From Heptranchias perlo (taxonomy: Eukaryota), in assembly GCF_035084215.1 (NCBI RefSeq), contig NC_090340.1, forward strand, positions 14,756,001-14,820,000: a DNA stretch of 64,000 nucleotides, written 5' to 3'. The position numbers and the translations under genes are program-made. The notes below the pieces were generated by a model, which was not told the DNA's origin, searched no databases, and saw nothing but the letters and a program-made list of their open reading frames with translations. Shown piece after piece: positions 38,100 to 52,351 of the stretch. Numbering within the stretch: the stretch's first letter is position 1; each line of letters opens with the position of its first letter.

Positions 38100-41000
38100 T
38101 ATCGATATCACGTCATTTTCTTTTAGCACAGAGCTTGCTGAGTACAAGAGTTGGGTGAATCTGCTGAACGGAGTGAATTGCAAACAGAGTGAGCACTTTA
38201 AAAGCGGAAATTTGGTGAGAGTAGAAATTAATAAGAGGGGGTAGGAGGACCTAAATAATTTGTACCAAGGGAGAAAAGTAAATAAGCAAATATATCAATA
38301 AATAATCAGAAATTAATTCGAATTAAGGGGATAAAATTAGAATTAACTAAATAGAGGATACCAACTTTAAAGGGATCTGAATTGCATTAATGAAAATCTG
38401 ATATACATGAAAATAATAAATAGGATTTAAGTGGCTATTAACTAAAACATATATGCAACATGTGGCATACATATAAAACATAAGTAGATCGACTTTTAAT
38501 TAAAATGGTTCGTCAGCAGAGACGCATTGCCTGCAATTCCTATGTTCTGCATAATTAAATGTGCAAGTGTCTCCAGCTGCTCGAACTCAAGCTCAGGGTT
38601 TCTGAGCATGAGGAGATCATGGAGTCACTGCAAGGCAAACGGGATGGTGAGAATTTCCTGGATCGCATGTTCCAGGAGGTGGTCACTCCGCAGCCACAGA
38701 GAGGATGATAGTAAGTCGGTGGTAATTCGGCGGGGTGGGAAGAGTTAGGCAGTGCAGGAATTCTCCAGGATTGTGGCACTCTCTAACCAGTTTTCAGTAC
38801 TGAATACTGGTGAGGGTGACAACACCTCGGGGGAGTGCAGTCCAGAGCACATCCACGTTACCGTCGGCATATGACTGCACGGGGTAGTTGCGGGGGGGGG
38901 GGGGGGCTGCACTGCATGTGTAGTAATGCAGTTGATACAGGGGATTCGATAGTCGGGGGGATAGACAGGCGTTTCAGCAACCGCCGACGTGAGTCTTGCA
39001 TGGTGTGTTGCCTCCAGGGTGCCAGGGCAAAGGACATCACCGAACAAGTGCAGAACATTTTGCGTGGAAAAGGGGGACAGCTCGAATCCGTGGTCAATTT
39101 TGAATCCATGACATTGATAGGAAAAGGGCTGAGGACCTGTGGACAGAGTTTCAGAAGCATGGATGAAAATAAAAGAGCAAGACTCAAAGGTAGTAATCTC
39201 TGGATTACTCCCAGTATCACGTGCCAGTGACTATGGGACCAGTAAGATAACACAGGATAACGCGTGGCTGGAGAAATGGTGTAGGAGGCAGGACTTCAGA
39301 TTCCTGGGGCACTCGGACCAGTTCTGGGGCAGGAGGGACCTGTACAACAGATTGGACCTCAACAGGGTTGGGCTCAATGTCCTTGTGGAGAGTTTAACTG
39401 GTGCTGTGGGGGATGGTGTAAACTAATTTGGCAGTTGGAAGGGCACCAGAATGAAGCATTAGAGAGGAGAAACAATGTGCACCGAGGACTGGGAGAGGCA
39501 AACTGCATTAGAATAAAGAATAGTTTCGAAATAGGAGGGATCAGACAGGGGTGAATGCGTGGTAGTCTAAGCTGGGCCTGGAATGCATGTGTGTAAATGC
39601 ACGGAGCGTAGCAAATAAGGTTGGTGAGTTTCAGGCACAAGTAGCTGCATGAGATCATGATATAGCAGCAATAACGGACACTTAGCTCAAACAAGGGGAG
39701 GAATTTGCACTTAATATTCCTGGCTACACGCTATTTAGGAAAGATAGGGAAAGATAAAAATGAGGGATGGCAGCATTGCTCAAAGATACTGCTCCAGCAC
39801 TAGAAGAGGATGATGTACATGAAGGTTCAAAGACGGAATATATTTGGACAGAATTAAGGAACAATAGAAGAATTATTATGCTGCTGGATGTATACTATAG
39901 GCCTCCAAAATAGTGGGAAGGAGATAGAGGAGCACATTGGCAGCAAACTTGCAGAAAGATGCAAGAAGTATAGAGTAGTGATAATGGGGGACTTCAATTA
40001 TCCGAATATAGACTGGGAAAATAGCATTGCAAAGGGCAAAGAAGGGAAGGAATTCTTGAAATGTGTGCAAGAGAACTTCCAATGAGGAAGGAATCAGTGC
40101 CGGATCTGCACTGGGGAATGAAGTGGGGCTAGTGGAGCATGTTTCAATGGGGCAGCCTTGGGAAACAATGATCAAAACATCATTAGATTTAGAATAGTTA
40201 TGGAAAAGGACAAAGAAAGATCAAAGATGAAAATACTCAACTGGAGGAGAGTTAATTTCAGTGAGTTGAAAAGGGATCTGGCCCAGGTGGATTGGAATCA
40301 AAGATTGGCAGGTAAAACATTAAATGAGCAATGGAAGGCATTCAAAGGGGATATGGTTCGGGTACAGACTAGAAACATTCCCACGAGCGGGAAGGAAGGG
40401 CAGGCAAAGCAAGAGCTCCCTGGAAAATGAAAGATATAGAGATTAAAATGAAACAGGAAAAGGAGGCTTATGATAAATGTTAGTTTCATAATTCAGTAAT
40501 GAATCAAGCTGAATACAAAAAGTACAGAGGAGAACTGAAAAGGAAATACGAGGGGTAAAGAGCGTTTATGAGAATAGAATAGCAGCTAGCATAAAAGGGA
40601 ACACAAAAGTCTTTTATAAATGTATAAATAGTAAAGTAATAATCAAAGGAAGAGTTCGGCCAATTAGGAACCAAAAAGGCGATATTCTTGTGGACGCAGA
40701 GGGCATGGCTGAGGTATGAACTGAGTACTTTGCATCTGTATTCACTAATGAAGAGGATGCTGCCATTGTCAGTAAAGGAGGAGGGAGGAGAGACAGTGGA
40801 TGAGATAAAAATGGACGAAAAGGAAGTACGTAATAGGTTGGCAGCGTTCAACGTAGAGAAGTCACCTGGTCCAGAGGGGATGCATCCTAGGTTGCTGAGG
40901 GAAGTAAGGGTGGAAATTGTAATGGCTCTGGCCAGAATCTTCCAATCATCCTTAGATATGGGAGTCGTGCCAGAGGATTGGAGGATTGGAAATGATACAC

Positions 41001-42530
41001 CCCTGTTCAAAACAGGGGAGAAGAATAAACCCGGCAACTCCAGGCCAATCACTCTAACGTCAGTGGTGGGGAAACTTCTAGAGACAAATATTCGGGACAA
41101 AATTAATTGGCACTTGGAAGAATATAGTCAATAAATGAAAGCCAGCATGGATTTGTTAAAGACACATCGTGTTTGACTAACTTGACTGAGTTCTTTGATG
41201 AAGTAATGGAGAAGGTTGATGTGGGTAGTGCAGCTGATGTTGTGTATATGGACTTTCAAAAGGTATTTGATAAAGTGCCACTTATTAGACTTGTTAGCAG
41301 GATTGAAGCACATGGGATTAGAGGGGCAGTAGCTGCGAGGATACGCAATTGGCTAAGGGACTGAAAGCAGAGTAGTGGTGAGCGGCTATTTTTCAGACTG
41401 GAGGGAAATGTGCAGTGATGTACCCCAAGGGTCGCTGTTGGGTCCACTGCTCTTTTTGAAATATGTTAATGACCTGGACTTAGGTAAACAGGGCATAATT
41501 TCAAAGTTTGCAGATGACAATAAACTTGGAACTGTAGTAAACAGTGAGGACGATAGTAAAGGACTCCAGAAGGACAAGGCAGACTGATGTAATGGGCAGA
41601 CACATGACAGATGATATTTAACGCAGTGAAATCGTTCATTTTGGGAGGAAGAAAGAGGAGAAGCATTATTACCGAAATGGTACAATTTTAAAGGGGGTGC
41701 AGCAACAGAGAGACCTGGGGTTGTACGCACACAAATCTTTGCAGGTGGCAGGAGGCTGTTAAAAAGGCATACGGGATCTTTGGCTTTCTAAATAGAGGCA
41801 TAGAATATAAAAGCAAGAAAGTTATGCTAAACCTTTACTAAACAATGGTTAGGCCCCAGCTGGAGCATTATGGCCAATTCTGGGCACCACAATTTAGAAA
41901 GGTTGTCAAGGCTCTCGAGAGGGTGCAGATGAGACTTACTAGAATGGTACCAGGGATTAAAGACTTCAGTTATTGGACAGATTAGAGAAATTGTTGTTAT
42001 TCTCCTTAGAACATGGAAGGTTACGGGGAGATTTGATAGAGGTGTTAAAAATCATGAAGGGTTTTCATAGAGTAAATAAGGAGAAATTGTTTCCAGTGGC
42101 AGAAGGGCCGATAACCAGAGGATACATATTAAAGATAATTCACAAAAGAACCAGAGGCGACATGAGGGGAAAATATTTATGGAGCGATATGTTATGATCT
42201 GGAATGCACTGCCTGAAAGGGTGGTGGAAGGAAATTCAAGAATAACTTTCCAAAGGAAATTCTGTACATACTTGAAGGGAGAAATTTGCTGGGCAATGAG
42301 GACAGAGCAGAGGAATGGGACTAATTGGATAGCTCTTTAAAAGAGCCGGCACAGGCACGATGGGCTGAATGGCCTCCATATGTGCTGCATCATTCTAGGA
42401 TTCTATGATTTACACAATGTGCACTTTTAAAGTGGAGTGGGACTTGCTGGATTGCTCTTGCATCGAGCCGGCGCGGACTCGATGAGCCGAATGGCCTCCT
42501 TTCGTGCTGTAACCTTTCTATGATTCTATG
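38100..42530 (+). mobile_element. Near-full-length degenerate CR1 LINE (ORF1 esterase, endonuclease, RT, double 3' tail)
   Basis: Motifs in the expected order: CNSYV..KCASV, GDSIV, MGDFNYP, KSPGPEG, KFADD, (TTCTATGA)n. Confidence 0.88.
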
Positions 42531-44404
42531 AAAACAGTGGGAGAACGGTGGTACTGAGACTGATTCCTTCCCGGTATTATGAAGATTGTAGATGCAGCCG
42601 AGATCCTTTTGCTTTCAGTGGGAAACACAAGTGTTGATATACAAATTGAGTCAGTAAAAAATATGGATATAATGAGCACCGCGAGGGATCCCTTGGGAAA
42701 TTTATTTTTTAACATACTTACACCTCACACTGGAGTCACACTCAGTGCGGTGTCGAACCGAAGCCGTGTGAGACTAACTCCTCCAGGTCGGGCAAAAACT
42801 TGGATTCAAGCTGAAACTTTAGCCTGGCAGCCGAGCCGAAAAGACTTCACGGGGATGCTAAAGTTAGTAACAATGGTTTGCAGCCCACAACTTATAATCT
42901 ATGTTGGAGCCGAATATCCAGTTAGAAAATCTCAGGAAAAACTAATACGTCTTTTCCAAGATTCACAGATTCCGGCTGATCTCTAACTTTTTATTGTAAA
43001 ATTTGCCAATATGGAATTCCATGATAAAACAGAGGAACCTCTCTTTGTTGGCGGACGGGGTTCTTTTTAGTTAATAAAGTATTTTTTAGGAATACATCTC
43101 CTTTCTGGTACATGGGTTACCCTGCCGATGGCCTGGTGTAATAATAAATCATTTGGGCCGCACTACTCTTTATAATTCAGGTTAGTAAGAAAGAATGTGC
43201 GTCATGGGACCAAAGCTTCCTGAATACAAATACATTATTGTACTATCTGAGTAACTAAATGTCAAAAGCTTGTTAATCAGCCTATCTCATTAATGGACAG
43301 GGCGATACAGATATGCTTATCGTAGCAGGAAATTCAGCCCCGCATGTCAGCTAAATGCAGTAAACTGAAGCTGTATGTATATTTAGCTTGCAACTGCAGA
43401 CCGTTAGATACGTGCAGATTTACATGTCCATTCATTAACAGTCAAACAAGCCTGCAGCGTCTCCACTTTTGCAAAGAGAAGTCAGATTAAACTTACTTTT
43501 CACAAATATCTAGGAACACGTACTCTTGGTACACATGCACCCTGATAATTATCTGAGCAAGTGCTTTATCTATGATCGTTAGACTATTTTACCGTTTGAA
43601 GTTTTTACCGTAAATTATGAAGAGCTGTACCTGTTGATATTGTGACCAGCTGCATCAGATTGTCTCTTTAGCCTTGGAGACACATGGTTCTTACAAATAA
43701 CTTGCTAATGGCTCAGTGGGAAAATGATCCCCGAGGTGCAGTACTGAGTCATGCAGAACAGGAAGGTCACTTTTTCCAATCCCTGTTGTCTGTTGAAATC
43801 GGCAGTGGGGTTCTACAGTCAACCTCCGCTGTCGTGACCTCCGGTTGATGTTCGTGCATCGAGAAGATAAAGCCGAGATGAGATAGTTCCTACCAACTGA
43901 TTATCCACTAATGGACTGGAGAAAGGAAAATGTCATCTGTGGAGCTAAAACTCCGACGCGCTAATGTCATCTCTAAGATGAAATATATCACTGGAGCATT
44001 CATCGGCCTGAACTGCACGCAATGGTGTCGATACAAAGCGATTGTTACATTTTGGTTCTTTTTGCCTTTTTACGCTCTTTCTCTTTGCCTTCCTATCTCT
44101 AGCTGCAGCCTACGATCTGCAGTTGGCTATCCAACCATACTGGGCTTCCATCTTTGCGTCTGCTGATGGAATCAGCCTGACGTTGCTATTGTTTATGAGC
44201 CATCTTTCGGGTTCTAGCAAATTAAAAAGTGCATATCTGTAATACTAAGGATGGGGTGTGAATGCACCCTGGCATTAATTGAATTTGACACGAAGTTGGA
44301 TGCAAATTTAGGGCAGTATCAATCCTAGTGTAAAGAATGCGCATGTTTAAAGGGGAGGGGCTTCTCTTTGACAAGCTTCTTCAGCATTCGAATTGTTTAA
44401 TTGT

Positions 44405-44890
44405 TGGTAGCATAATGGTTATGTTACTGGACTGATAATCCAGAGGCTTGGATTTATAATCCGGAGACATCAGTTCAAATGGGCCACAGCATCTGGGGAA
44501 TTTAAATTCAGTTAATTAAATAAAATGTGGAACAAAAAGCTAGTATCAGTAATGGTGACCACGAAGCTACCGGATTGTCGTAAAAACCCAATTGGTTCAA
44601 TAATGTGCTTTAGGGAAGGAAATGTGCCGCATTTACCCGGTCTCACCTATATGTGACTCCAGACCCACAGCAATGTGGTTGATTCGTAACTGCCCTCTGA
44701 AATGGCCGAGCAAGCCAATCAGTTGCACAATCTCGCTACAATAAGACATAATACCGAACAGCACTGTGGGAGTATCTTCACCCAGACTGCAGCGGTTCAA
44801 GAAGGCTGCTCACCACCACCTTCTCAAGGGCAATTAGGGCTGGGTAATAAATGCCAGCGACGCCCACATCCCATGAATGAATTAAAAAGA
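44405..44890 (+). mobile_element. tRNA-derived SINE ending in the family A LINE 3' end
   Basis: Tail GACTGCAGCGGTTCAAGAAGGC..CCCACATCCCATGAATGAAT matches the reverse complement of about 48362-48500. Confidence 0.82.
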
Positions 44891-45339
44891 AGGATGAGCG
44901 ATCTGCCCTGCACAGTATCCCCGCGACACAAATCGTTCCTCTGGACCTGACTTGGCTCGGGCCAAGAAAGATAAGTGCGGGTCGGCGTAGCCGACCTGAA
45001 CTAGAGATATTGACTTCACATCGGTAGCTGCAATGTAAATGCACTCTAACATTCAGTTCAATTAAATACAACAAACCTTATCTTCACTTGTTATTTATGG
45101 CTTTAGATAAGGGTGAAGTTACGGTGCAGATAAACCCAAACCTTTTGAACATTTAGCTTTATCTGAAAGACCAATTGATCCATCCTAGCTCAGCCATCTA
45201 AAAACCGACATTTCCCCTATTACAGAATTTAATTCCCCCTTAAATGATTTCAGAGTGATGCCTCAACTTCAGTACCCCATGTCCACTTCCATTTGAGATC
45301 AGACTTTGTGTAAAGAAGAGCTTTTCCTTATCTGTTCTC

Positions 45340-45590
45340 GTGATGTGGGTTACATCTGCAAGGCTGCATTAATTGTCCATTCTAATTGCCCGATACAAAG
45401 TGGCGCTGGGCCTTTTCTTACTGATGTTTTTTTCTGTGCTGATGGTTAGATAGGGAATTTCAGGATTTTCACCCAACAATGATGAAGGAACGGCGACGTG
45501 TGTCCAAGTCAGGATGGGGTTCCCATATCGTTGCTGCTCTCATCCTGGTCATGGTGGAAGTCGAGAGCCTGGGAGATGTTGTCCAATAAG
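45340..45590 (-). mobile_element. Old family A LINE 3' fragment
   Basis: Diverged match to 48370-48670. Confidence 0.6.
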
Positions 45591-46901
45591 AACTTCTTCA
45601 TATGAGTCCTAAATCAGCTTGCGGGTAGCCGGATAATAGATTCGGTTCACACAGCGTTTAGCACACGGCCGTCGATATCATGACGTTTAGCCAGTCAACC
45701 TGAAATTTTATGACCATTATATTTCCGTTTTTTTCAAATAAACATCCGAAGCTGTGGAATTTGTAAGATATGTGAGCCCTGCATTGGTAAAATTATTTTC
45801 ATAAATGTATAACGTGATGCAGTCTACAGCAGAACGCGTCTTGCAACGGGAATGTGCTCTCTCAAGACACAATGGTAATGATAGCCCAGGCCTTAAACCT
45901 TCTGAATTGTATGGACATGAATCGTATTAATCAGCATCCGATTATTCAGTGTGCATATTGCTACAATAGGAAGCTAACTTTTTATGGAATGATTTTCGGA
46001 AAGGATGTTCTTGGCAAGGCTTTTCGTAGGTGAAAAAAGGTCACTAAAATTAACAGTGTTCAAAATCTCCAAGTTCACTTTCGTGTCAAACACTTCTTTT
46101 CCCATCAGCAGCTCTGGATTGTCTGTAAAGGCCAAGGTCGTCAAGAGTTGAACATGCCTCCATATCTAGGGAGACGCTGACCTCTCCGACACCCCTGGAC
46201 AGGACAGTAGAAATGACTTCTCATCTAATAATCGTTCTCATTCTCACCTACAGCCTCTCCGTCCCTCGCAACATTGTTTTCCTATACTATCACATTACAA
46301 TCCGCGATGTTCCAAATGTTTCCCTCTTTTCCTCCTAAGCTGTAAATATGCCATCTAGCACGCTCTTCCACATTTATGCATCCTCAACCAGTTGAATTCA
46401 AGACTTGTTCCTTCTGAAGACGTCCAAACTTTCCTCAGTCTTTCCTTCCTCCAATAATCGTCAAGATTTTAAAACCTCTGTTTGCCATTAATAATTATTA
46501 ACTCCTGATTCATCTTGTTTTCTCTCTTACACTTTTCAACCTCAACGCTGATGATGCCCGTTCACCTTGTTTTCTGAATTTAAAAAAAAGTTAACATGTT
46601 GTGTGTATGTGACACTGTGTTTAGAACATTGGGAAATTAGACGGCCCTTTCTGTCACAATCTCAGACGCCCATAAAGTTGCATTGGCCAGCTTCATTGAT
46701 TTGATCAATGCTGTTATCAAATACAACTTATTATGAAAGTTAAAGATATCTTTCAACAGACATGCTGGATAAATGGGTCTCAGGTTGCCCTGAAATAACG
46801 TTGGGTGGTGTGATGAGGCTGTAATAGACATGAAGCAAATACCTATATTTCACTCTTTAAACTCGGCAATTGGCACCGCTGTTTCAGGCATGTAGCCTCT
46901 C

Positions 46902-46910
46902 ACGTCATTG
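46902..46910. promoter_or_regulatory. ACGTCATTG (TCACGTCA, CRE-like), about 105 nt upstream of the copy 3 ATG
   Basis: Shared with the copy 2 upstream region. Confidence 0.45.
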
Positions 46911-47006
46911 AATCACAGATCTCACCAGGTTATGTACCGCCTTATTTCTCCAAACGATTAGAGTTTCGTGTTTCTTGTCTTCAAACGGCCAGTACCCATC
47001 ACTGAA

Positions 47007-47061
47007 ATGTCTGTGAGGGCTCTGCTTCAGAGCATACAGCTCATGGGAATTATTTTCATAG
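47007..47061 (+). CDS. Copy 3 leader exon MSVRALLQSIQLMGIIFI
   Basis: 55 nt, phase-1 donor, followed by an 85-nt intron. Confidence 0.82.
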
Positions 47062-47146
47062 GTATTTTCCTTCCTTCACTCTTTGTCTCTCTCTCTGAAA
47101 CTCTCTCCGTGATTTTATAACTAAGTAATGTTCATTTTGTTAACAG

Positions 47147-47464
47147 TTGCTGCCGACACTCTGTTTAAAGTGACCCAGGCCCTTGAAAACACCAATTCCA
47201 TCGCTGATACAAATATTGCCTTCAATTGCACATTTCCCAGTGTTCCAGACGATTCAAGTGTAAATATATATTGGTGGAAACTCGCCGAAAAGGAATTGAT
47301 TCAATCAGGCTCAGACAGCAGGAAACAATTTAGTAATGAGAATGGAAGAGCCTCCTTCCATCTCCTGAATGTCAGTGTCCTGGACTCTGGAGTCTATTAC
47401 TGCTTCGTGACATTTCTAGGGGACAGGGCTGAAAATGGAAGTGGATCAAAGCTTGTCGTCAGTG
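47147..47464 (+). CDS. Copy 3 V-set exon with J-like end
   Basis: FKVTQ, AFNC, IYWWK, LLNVSVLDSGVYYC, NGSGSKLVVS; 318 nt, intact. Confidence 0.93.
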
Positions 47465-48065
47465 GTAAGCACATTGTAAAGAGCGTGTCGATTATATAGT
47501 CTCACAGTTATTCAAACTAAATAAAAAAATTATGGCAATCTCTCTCGCGTTGCTTTAACATTTACGTGATGTGGAGATGCCGGTGATGGACTGGGCTTGA
47601 CAAATGTAAAGAATCTTACAACACCAGGGTATAGTCCAACAATTTTATTTGAAAATCACAAGTTTTCTGAGGCTTTCTCCTTCGTCATTTAACATTTACA
47701 TGAGAAGTCAAATATTTAAATTATATAGATTCTAGTTATGAAATGCATCACGTGTAGTACTGTGTATTGGTTTTCAATCTATATTAATCGAATTATTAAT
47801 AATTATTTATGTTATTTCATCCATTTAAGTTTGCGCAGGAAGCGTGTTCATGCCATACCGGTGTGAACACATATTGTGAAAATTCTTGAAAGATTTTCAG
47901 TATGAATAACATTTCGATTGGAATTATTTGAATATAACCTGAACAATTTTTAAAAACTGCCATTTGATGATCCTCGAAAGGAGAAATTTCATCCTAAACG
48001 GACGATTATCGAGTATAAAGTCTAATTTCAATGATAAAATTAATACAGAAGTTTCTCCACGTGAT

Positions 48066-48352
48066 AAAGAACTTGCACTTATTTAGCGCCTTTGAAGACC
48101 TCCATAAAGCGCTTTACAACCAATGAAGTATTTTTGAAATGTAGTCACTGTTGTCATGTAGGAAAACGTGGCGGCCAATTTGCACACAGCAAACTTCTAC
48201 AAACAGCAATGAGATAATGACCAGGCAATTAATGATGGTACTTGAGGGATAAATATTGGCCAGGACAACAGAAGAACTTCTCTGCACGTCTTCGACTAGT
48301 GCTGTGTGATCCTTTATGTCCACCACAGAGAGTAGGGTTACATTTTAACATC
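48066..48352 (-). mobile_element. DeuSINE (SacSINE/AmnSINE-like), split by the family A LINE; a remnant resumes at about 52352
   Basis: Deu-domain-like sequence (TCCTGGCCAATATTTATCCCTCAA.., CTACATTTCAAAAATACTTCATTGG..AAAGCGCTT) on the minus strand. Recognised from memory of the family. Confidence 0.7.
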
Positions 48353-51300
48353 TTTTTTTTTATTCGTTCACGGGATGTGGGCGTCGCTGGCAAGGCCGGC
48401 ATTTATTGCCCATCCCTAATTGCCCTCGAGAAGGTGGTGGTGAGCCGCCTTCTTGAACCGCTGCAGTCCGTGTGGTGACGGTTCTCCCACAGTGCTGTTA
48501 GGAAGGGAGTTCCAGGATTTTGACCCAGCGACAATGAAGGAACGGCGATATATTTCCAAGTCGGGATGGTGTGTGACTTGGAGGGGAACGTGCAGGTGGT
48601 GTTGTTCCCATGCGCCTGCTGCCCTTGTCCTTCTAGGTGGTAGAGGTCGCGGGTTTGGGAGGTGCTGTCGAAGAAGCCTTGGCGAGTTGCTGCAGTGCAT
48701 CCTGTGGATGGTGCACACTGCAGCCAAAGTGCGCTGGTGGTGAAGGGAGTGAATGTTTAGGGTGGTGGATGGGGTGCCAATCAAACGGGCTGCTTTATCT
48801 TGGATGGTGTCGAGTTTCTTGAGTGTTGTTGGAGCTGCACTCATCCAGGCAAGTGGAGAGTATTCCATCACACTCCTGACTTGTGCCTTGTAGATGGTGG
48901 AAAGGCTTTGGGGAGTCAGGAGGTGAGTCACTCGCCACAGAATACCCAGCCTCTGACCTGCTCTCGTAGCCACAGTATTTATATGGCTGGTCCAGTTAAG
49001 TTTCTGGTCAATGGTGACCCCCAGGATGTTGATGGTGGGGGATTCGGCGATGGTAATGCTGTTGAATCTCAAGGGGAGGTGGTTAGACTCTCTCTTGTTG
49101 GAGATGGTCATTGCCTGGCACTTATCTGGCGCGAATGTTACTTGCCACTTATCAGCCCAAGCCTGGATGTTGTCCAGGTCTTGCTGCATGCAGGCTCGGA
49201 CTGCTTCATTATCTGAGGGGTTGCGAATGGAACTGAACACTGTGCAGTCATCAGCGAACATCCCCATTTCTGACCTTATGATGGAGGGAAGGTCATTGAT
49301 GAAGCAGCTGAAGATGGTTGGGCCTAGGACACTGCCCTGAGGAACTCCTGCAGCAATGCCCTGGGGCTGAGATGATTGGCCTCCAACAACCACTACCATC
49401 TTCCTTTGTGCTAGGTATGACTCCAGCCACTGGAGAGTTTTCCCCCTGATTCCCATTGACTTCAATTTTACTAGGGCTCCTTGGTGCCACACTCGGTCAA
49501 ATGCTGCCTTGATGTCAAGGGCAGTCACTCTCACCTCACCTCTGGAATTCAGCTCTTTTGTCCATGTTTGGACCAAGGCTGTAATGAGGTCTGGAGCCGA
49601 GTGGTCCTGGCGGAACCCAAACTGAGCATCGGTGAGTAGGTTATTGGTGAGTAAGTGCCGCTTGATAGCACTGTCGACGACACCTTCCATCACTTTGCTG
49701 ATGATTGAGAGTAGACTGATGGGGCGGTAATTGGCCGGATTGGATTTGTCCTGCTTTTTGTGGACAGGACATACCTGGGCAATTTTCCACATTGTCGGGT
49801 GGATGCCAGTGTTGTAGCTGTACTGGAACAGCTTGGCTAGAGGCGCAGCTAGTTCTGGAGCACAAGTCTTCAGCACTACAGCTGGGATGTTGTCAGGGCC
49901 CATAGCCTTTGCTGTATCCAGTGCACTCAGCCGTTTCTTGATATCACGGGGAGTGAATCGAATTGGCCGAAGACTGGCTTCCGTGATGGTGGGGATATCG
50001 GGAGGAGGCTGAGATGGATTATCCACTCGGCACTTCTGGCTGAAGATGGTTGCAAAGAGGATGAGACCGGGAAATTAATGGTGGGAAACATGGAGATGGC
50101 AAAAATGCTGAACAAATATTTTGTTTCAGTCTTTACAGTAGAGGACACTAAGAATATCCCAACACTGGACAAACAGGGGACTCTCGGGGGGGAGGAGCTA
50201 AATACGATTAAAATCACTCAGGAGATGGTACTCAGTAAAATAATGGGACTCAAGGCGGATAAATCCCCTGGACCTGATGGCTTCCATCCTAGGGTCTTGA
50301 GGGAAGTGGCAGTAGGGATTGTGGATGCTTTGGTGATCGTTTTCCAAAATTCCCTGGACTCAGGAGAGGTCCCGGCAGATTGGAAAACTGCTAATGTAAC
50401 ACCGTTATTTAAAAAGGGTAGTAGGCAGAAGGCTGGAAATTATAGGCCAGTTAGCTTAACATCTGTGGTGGGTAAAATTTTGGAGTCTATTATTAAGGAG
50501 ACAGTAACGGAACATTTAGATAAGCATAATTTAATAGGACAAATTCAGCATGGCTTTATGAAGGGGAAGTCATGTCTGACAAATTTGCTTGAGTTCTTCG
50601 AGGATATAACGTATAGGGTGGATAAAGGGGAACCAGTGGACATAGTGTATTTAGACTTCCAGAAGGCATTCGACAAGGTGCCACATAAAAGATTATTACT
50701 TAAGATAAAAAATCACGGGATTGGGGGTAATATTCTGGCATGGGTGGAGGATTGGTTATCGAACAGGAAGCAGAGAGTTGGGATAAATGGTTCATTTTCG
50801 GACTGGCAACCAGTAACCAGTGGTGTTCCACAGGGGTCGGTGCTGGGTCCCCAACTCTTTACAATCTATATTAACGATTTGGAGGAGGGGACCGAGTGCA
50901 ACATATCAAAATTTGCAGATGATACAAAGATGGGAGGGAAAGTAGAGAGTGAGGAGGACATAAAAAACCTGCAAGGGGATATAGACAGGCTGGGTGAGTG
51001 GGCGGAGATTTGGCAGATGCAATATAATATTGGAAAATGTGAGGTTATGCACTTTGGCAGGAAAAATCAGAGAGCAAGTTATTTTCTTAATGGCGAGAGA
51101 CTGGAAAGTACTGCAGTACAAAGGGATCTGGGGGTCCTAGTGCAAGAAAATCAAAAAGTTGGTATGCAGGTGCAGCAGGTGATCAAGAAAGCCAACGGAA
51201 TGTTGGCTTTTATTGCTAGGGGGATAGAATATAAAAACAAGGAGGTATTGCTGCAGTTATATAAGGTATTGGTGAGACCGCACCTGGAATACTGCATACA

Positions 51301-52351
51301 GTTTTGGTCTCCATACTTAAGAAAAGACATACTTGCTCTCGAGGCAGTACAAAGAAGGTTCACTCGGTTAATCCCGGGGATGAGGGGGCGGACATATGAG
51401 GAGAGGTTGAGTAGATTGGGACTCTACTCATTGGAGTTCAGAAGAATGAGAGGCGATCTTATTGAAACATATAAGATTGTGAAGGGTCTTGATCGGGTGG
51501 ATGCAGTAAGGATGTTCCCAAAGATGGGTGAAACTAGAACTAGGGGGCATAATCTTAGAATAAGGGGCTGCTCTTTCAAAACTGAGATGAGGAGAAACTT
51601 CTTCACTCAGAGGGTGGTAGGTCTGTGGAATTTGCTGCCCCAGGAAGCTGTGGAAGCTACATCATTAGATAAATTTAAAACAGAAATAGACAGTTTCCTA
51701 GAAGTAAAGGGAATTAGGGGTTATGGGGAGCGGGCAGGAAATTGGACATGAAGCTGAGTTCGGATCGGTCAATGCCCTGTGGGTGGCGGAGAGGGCCCAG
51801 GGGCTATGTGGCCGGGTCCTGCTCCGACTTCTTGTGTTCTTTAGATTTGTGGTTGGGATCAGATCAGCTATGATCTTATTGAATGGCGGAGCAGGCTCGA
51901 GGGGCCGATTGGCCTACTCCTGCTCCAATTTCTTATGTTCTTATGTTCTTAAACGCTTCAGCCTTGTCTTTTGCACTCACGTGCTGGACTCCGCCATCAT
52001 TGAGAATGGGGATGTTTGCAGAGCCTCCTCCTCCCGTTAGTTGTTTAGTTGTCCACCACCATTCACGACTGGATGTGGCAGGACTGCAGAGCTTTGATCT
52101 GATCCGTTGGTTGTGGAATCGCTTAGCTCTGTCTATAGCATGTTGCTTCCGCTGTTTAGCATGCATGTAGTCCTGAGTTGTAGCTTCACCAGGTTGGCAC
52201 CTCATTTTTAGGTACGCCTGGTGCTGCTCCTGGCATGCTCTTCTACACTCCTCATTGAACCAGGGTTGATCCCCTGGCTTGTTGGTAATGGTAGAGTGAG
52301 GAATATGCCGGGTCATGAGGTTACAGATTGTGCTGGAATACAATTCTGCTG
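48353..52351 (-). mobile_element. Young 5'-truncated family A LINE with an uninterrupted RT ORF, split by a CR1 insertion
   Basis: 536-aa RT ORF at 48416-50026 plus a fragment at 51951-52343 that rejoin in frame (KDKAEAF/ATIFSQKCRV); poly(A) tail. Confidence 0.93.
50057..51950 (+). mobile_element. Young 5'-truncated CR1 LINE with an intact 557-aa RT/C-terminal ORF
   Basis: ORF 50078-51751 has no stops; (TTCTTATG)n tail; AAA duplicated at both junctions. Confidence 0.95.

Noticed and set aside
42579-42986. 135-aa ORF
   Set aside because: No recognisable motif and no support as an exon.
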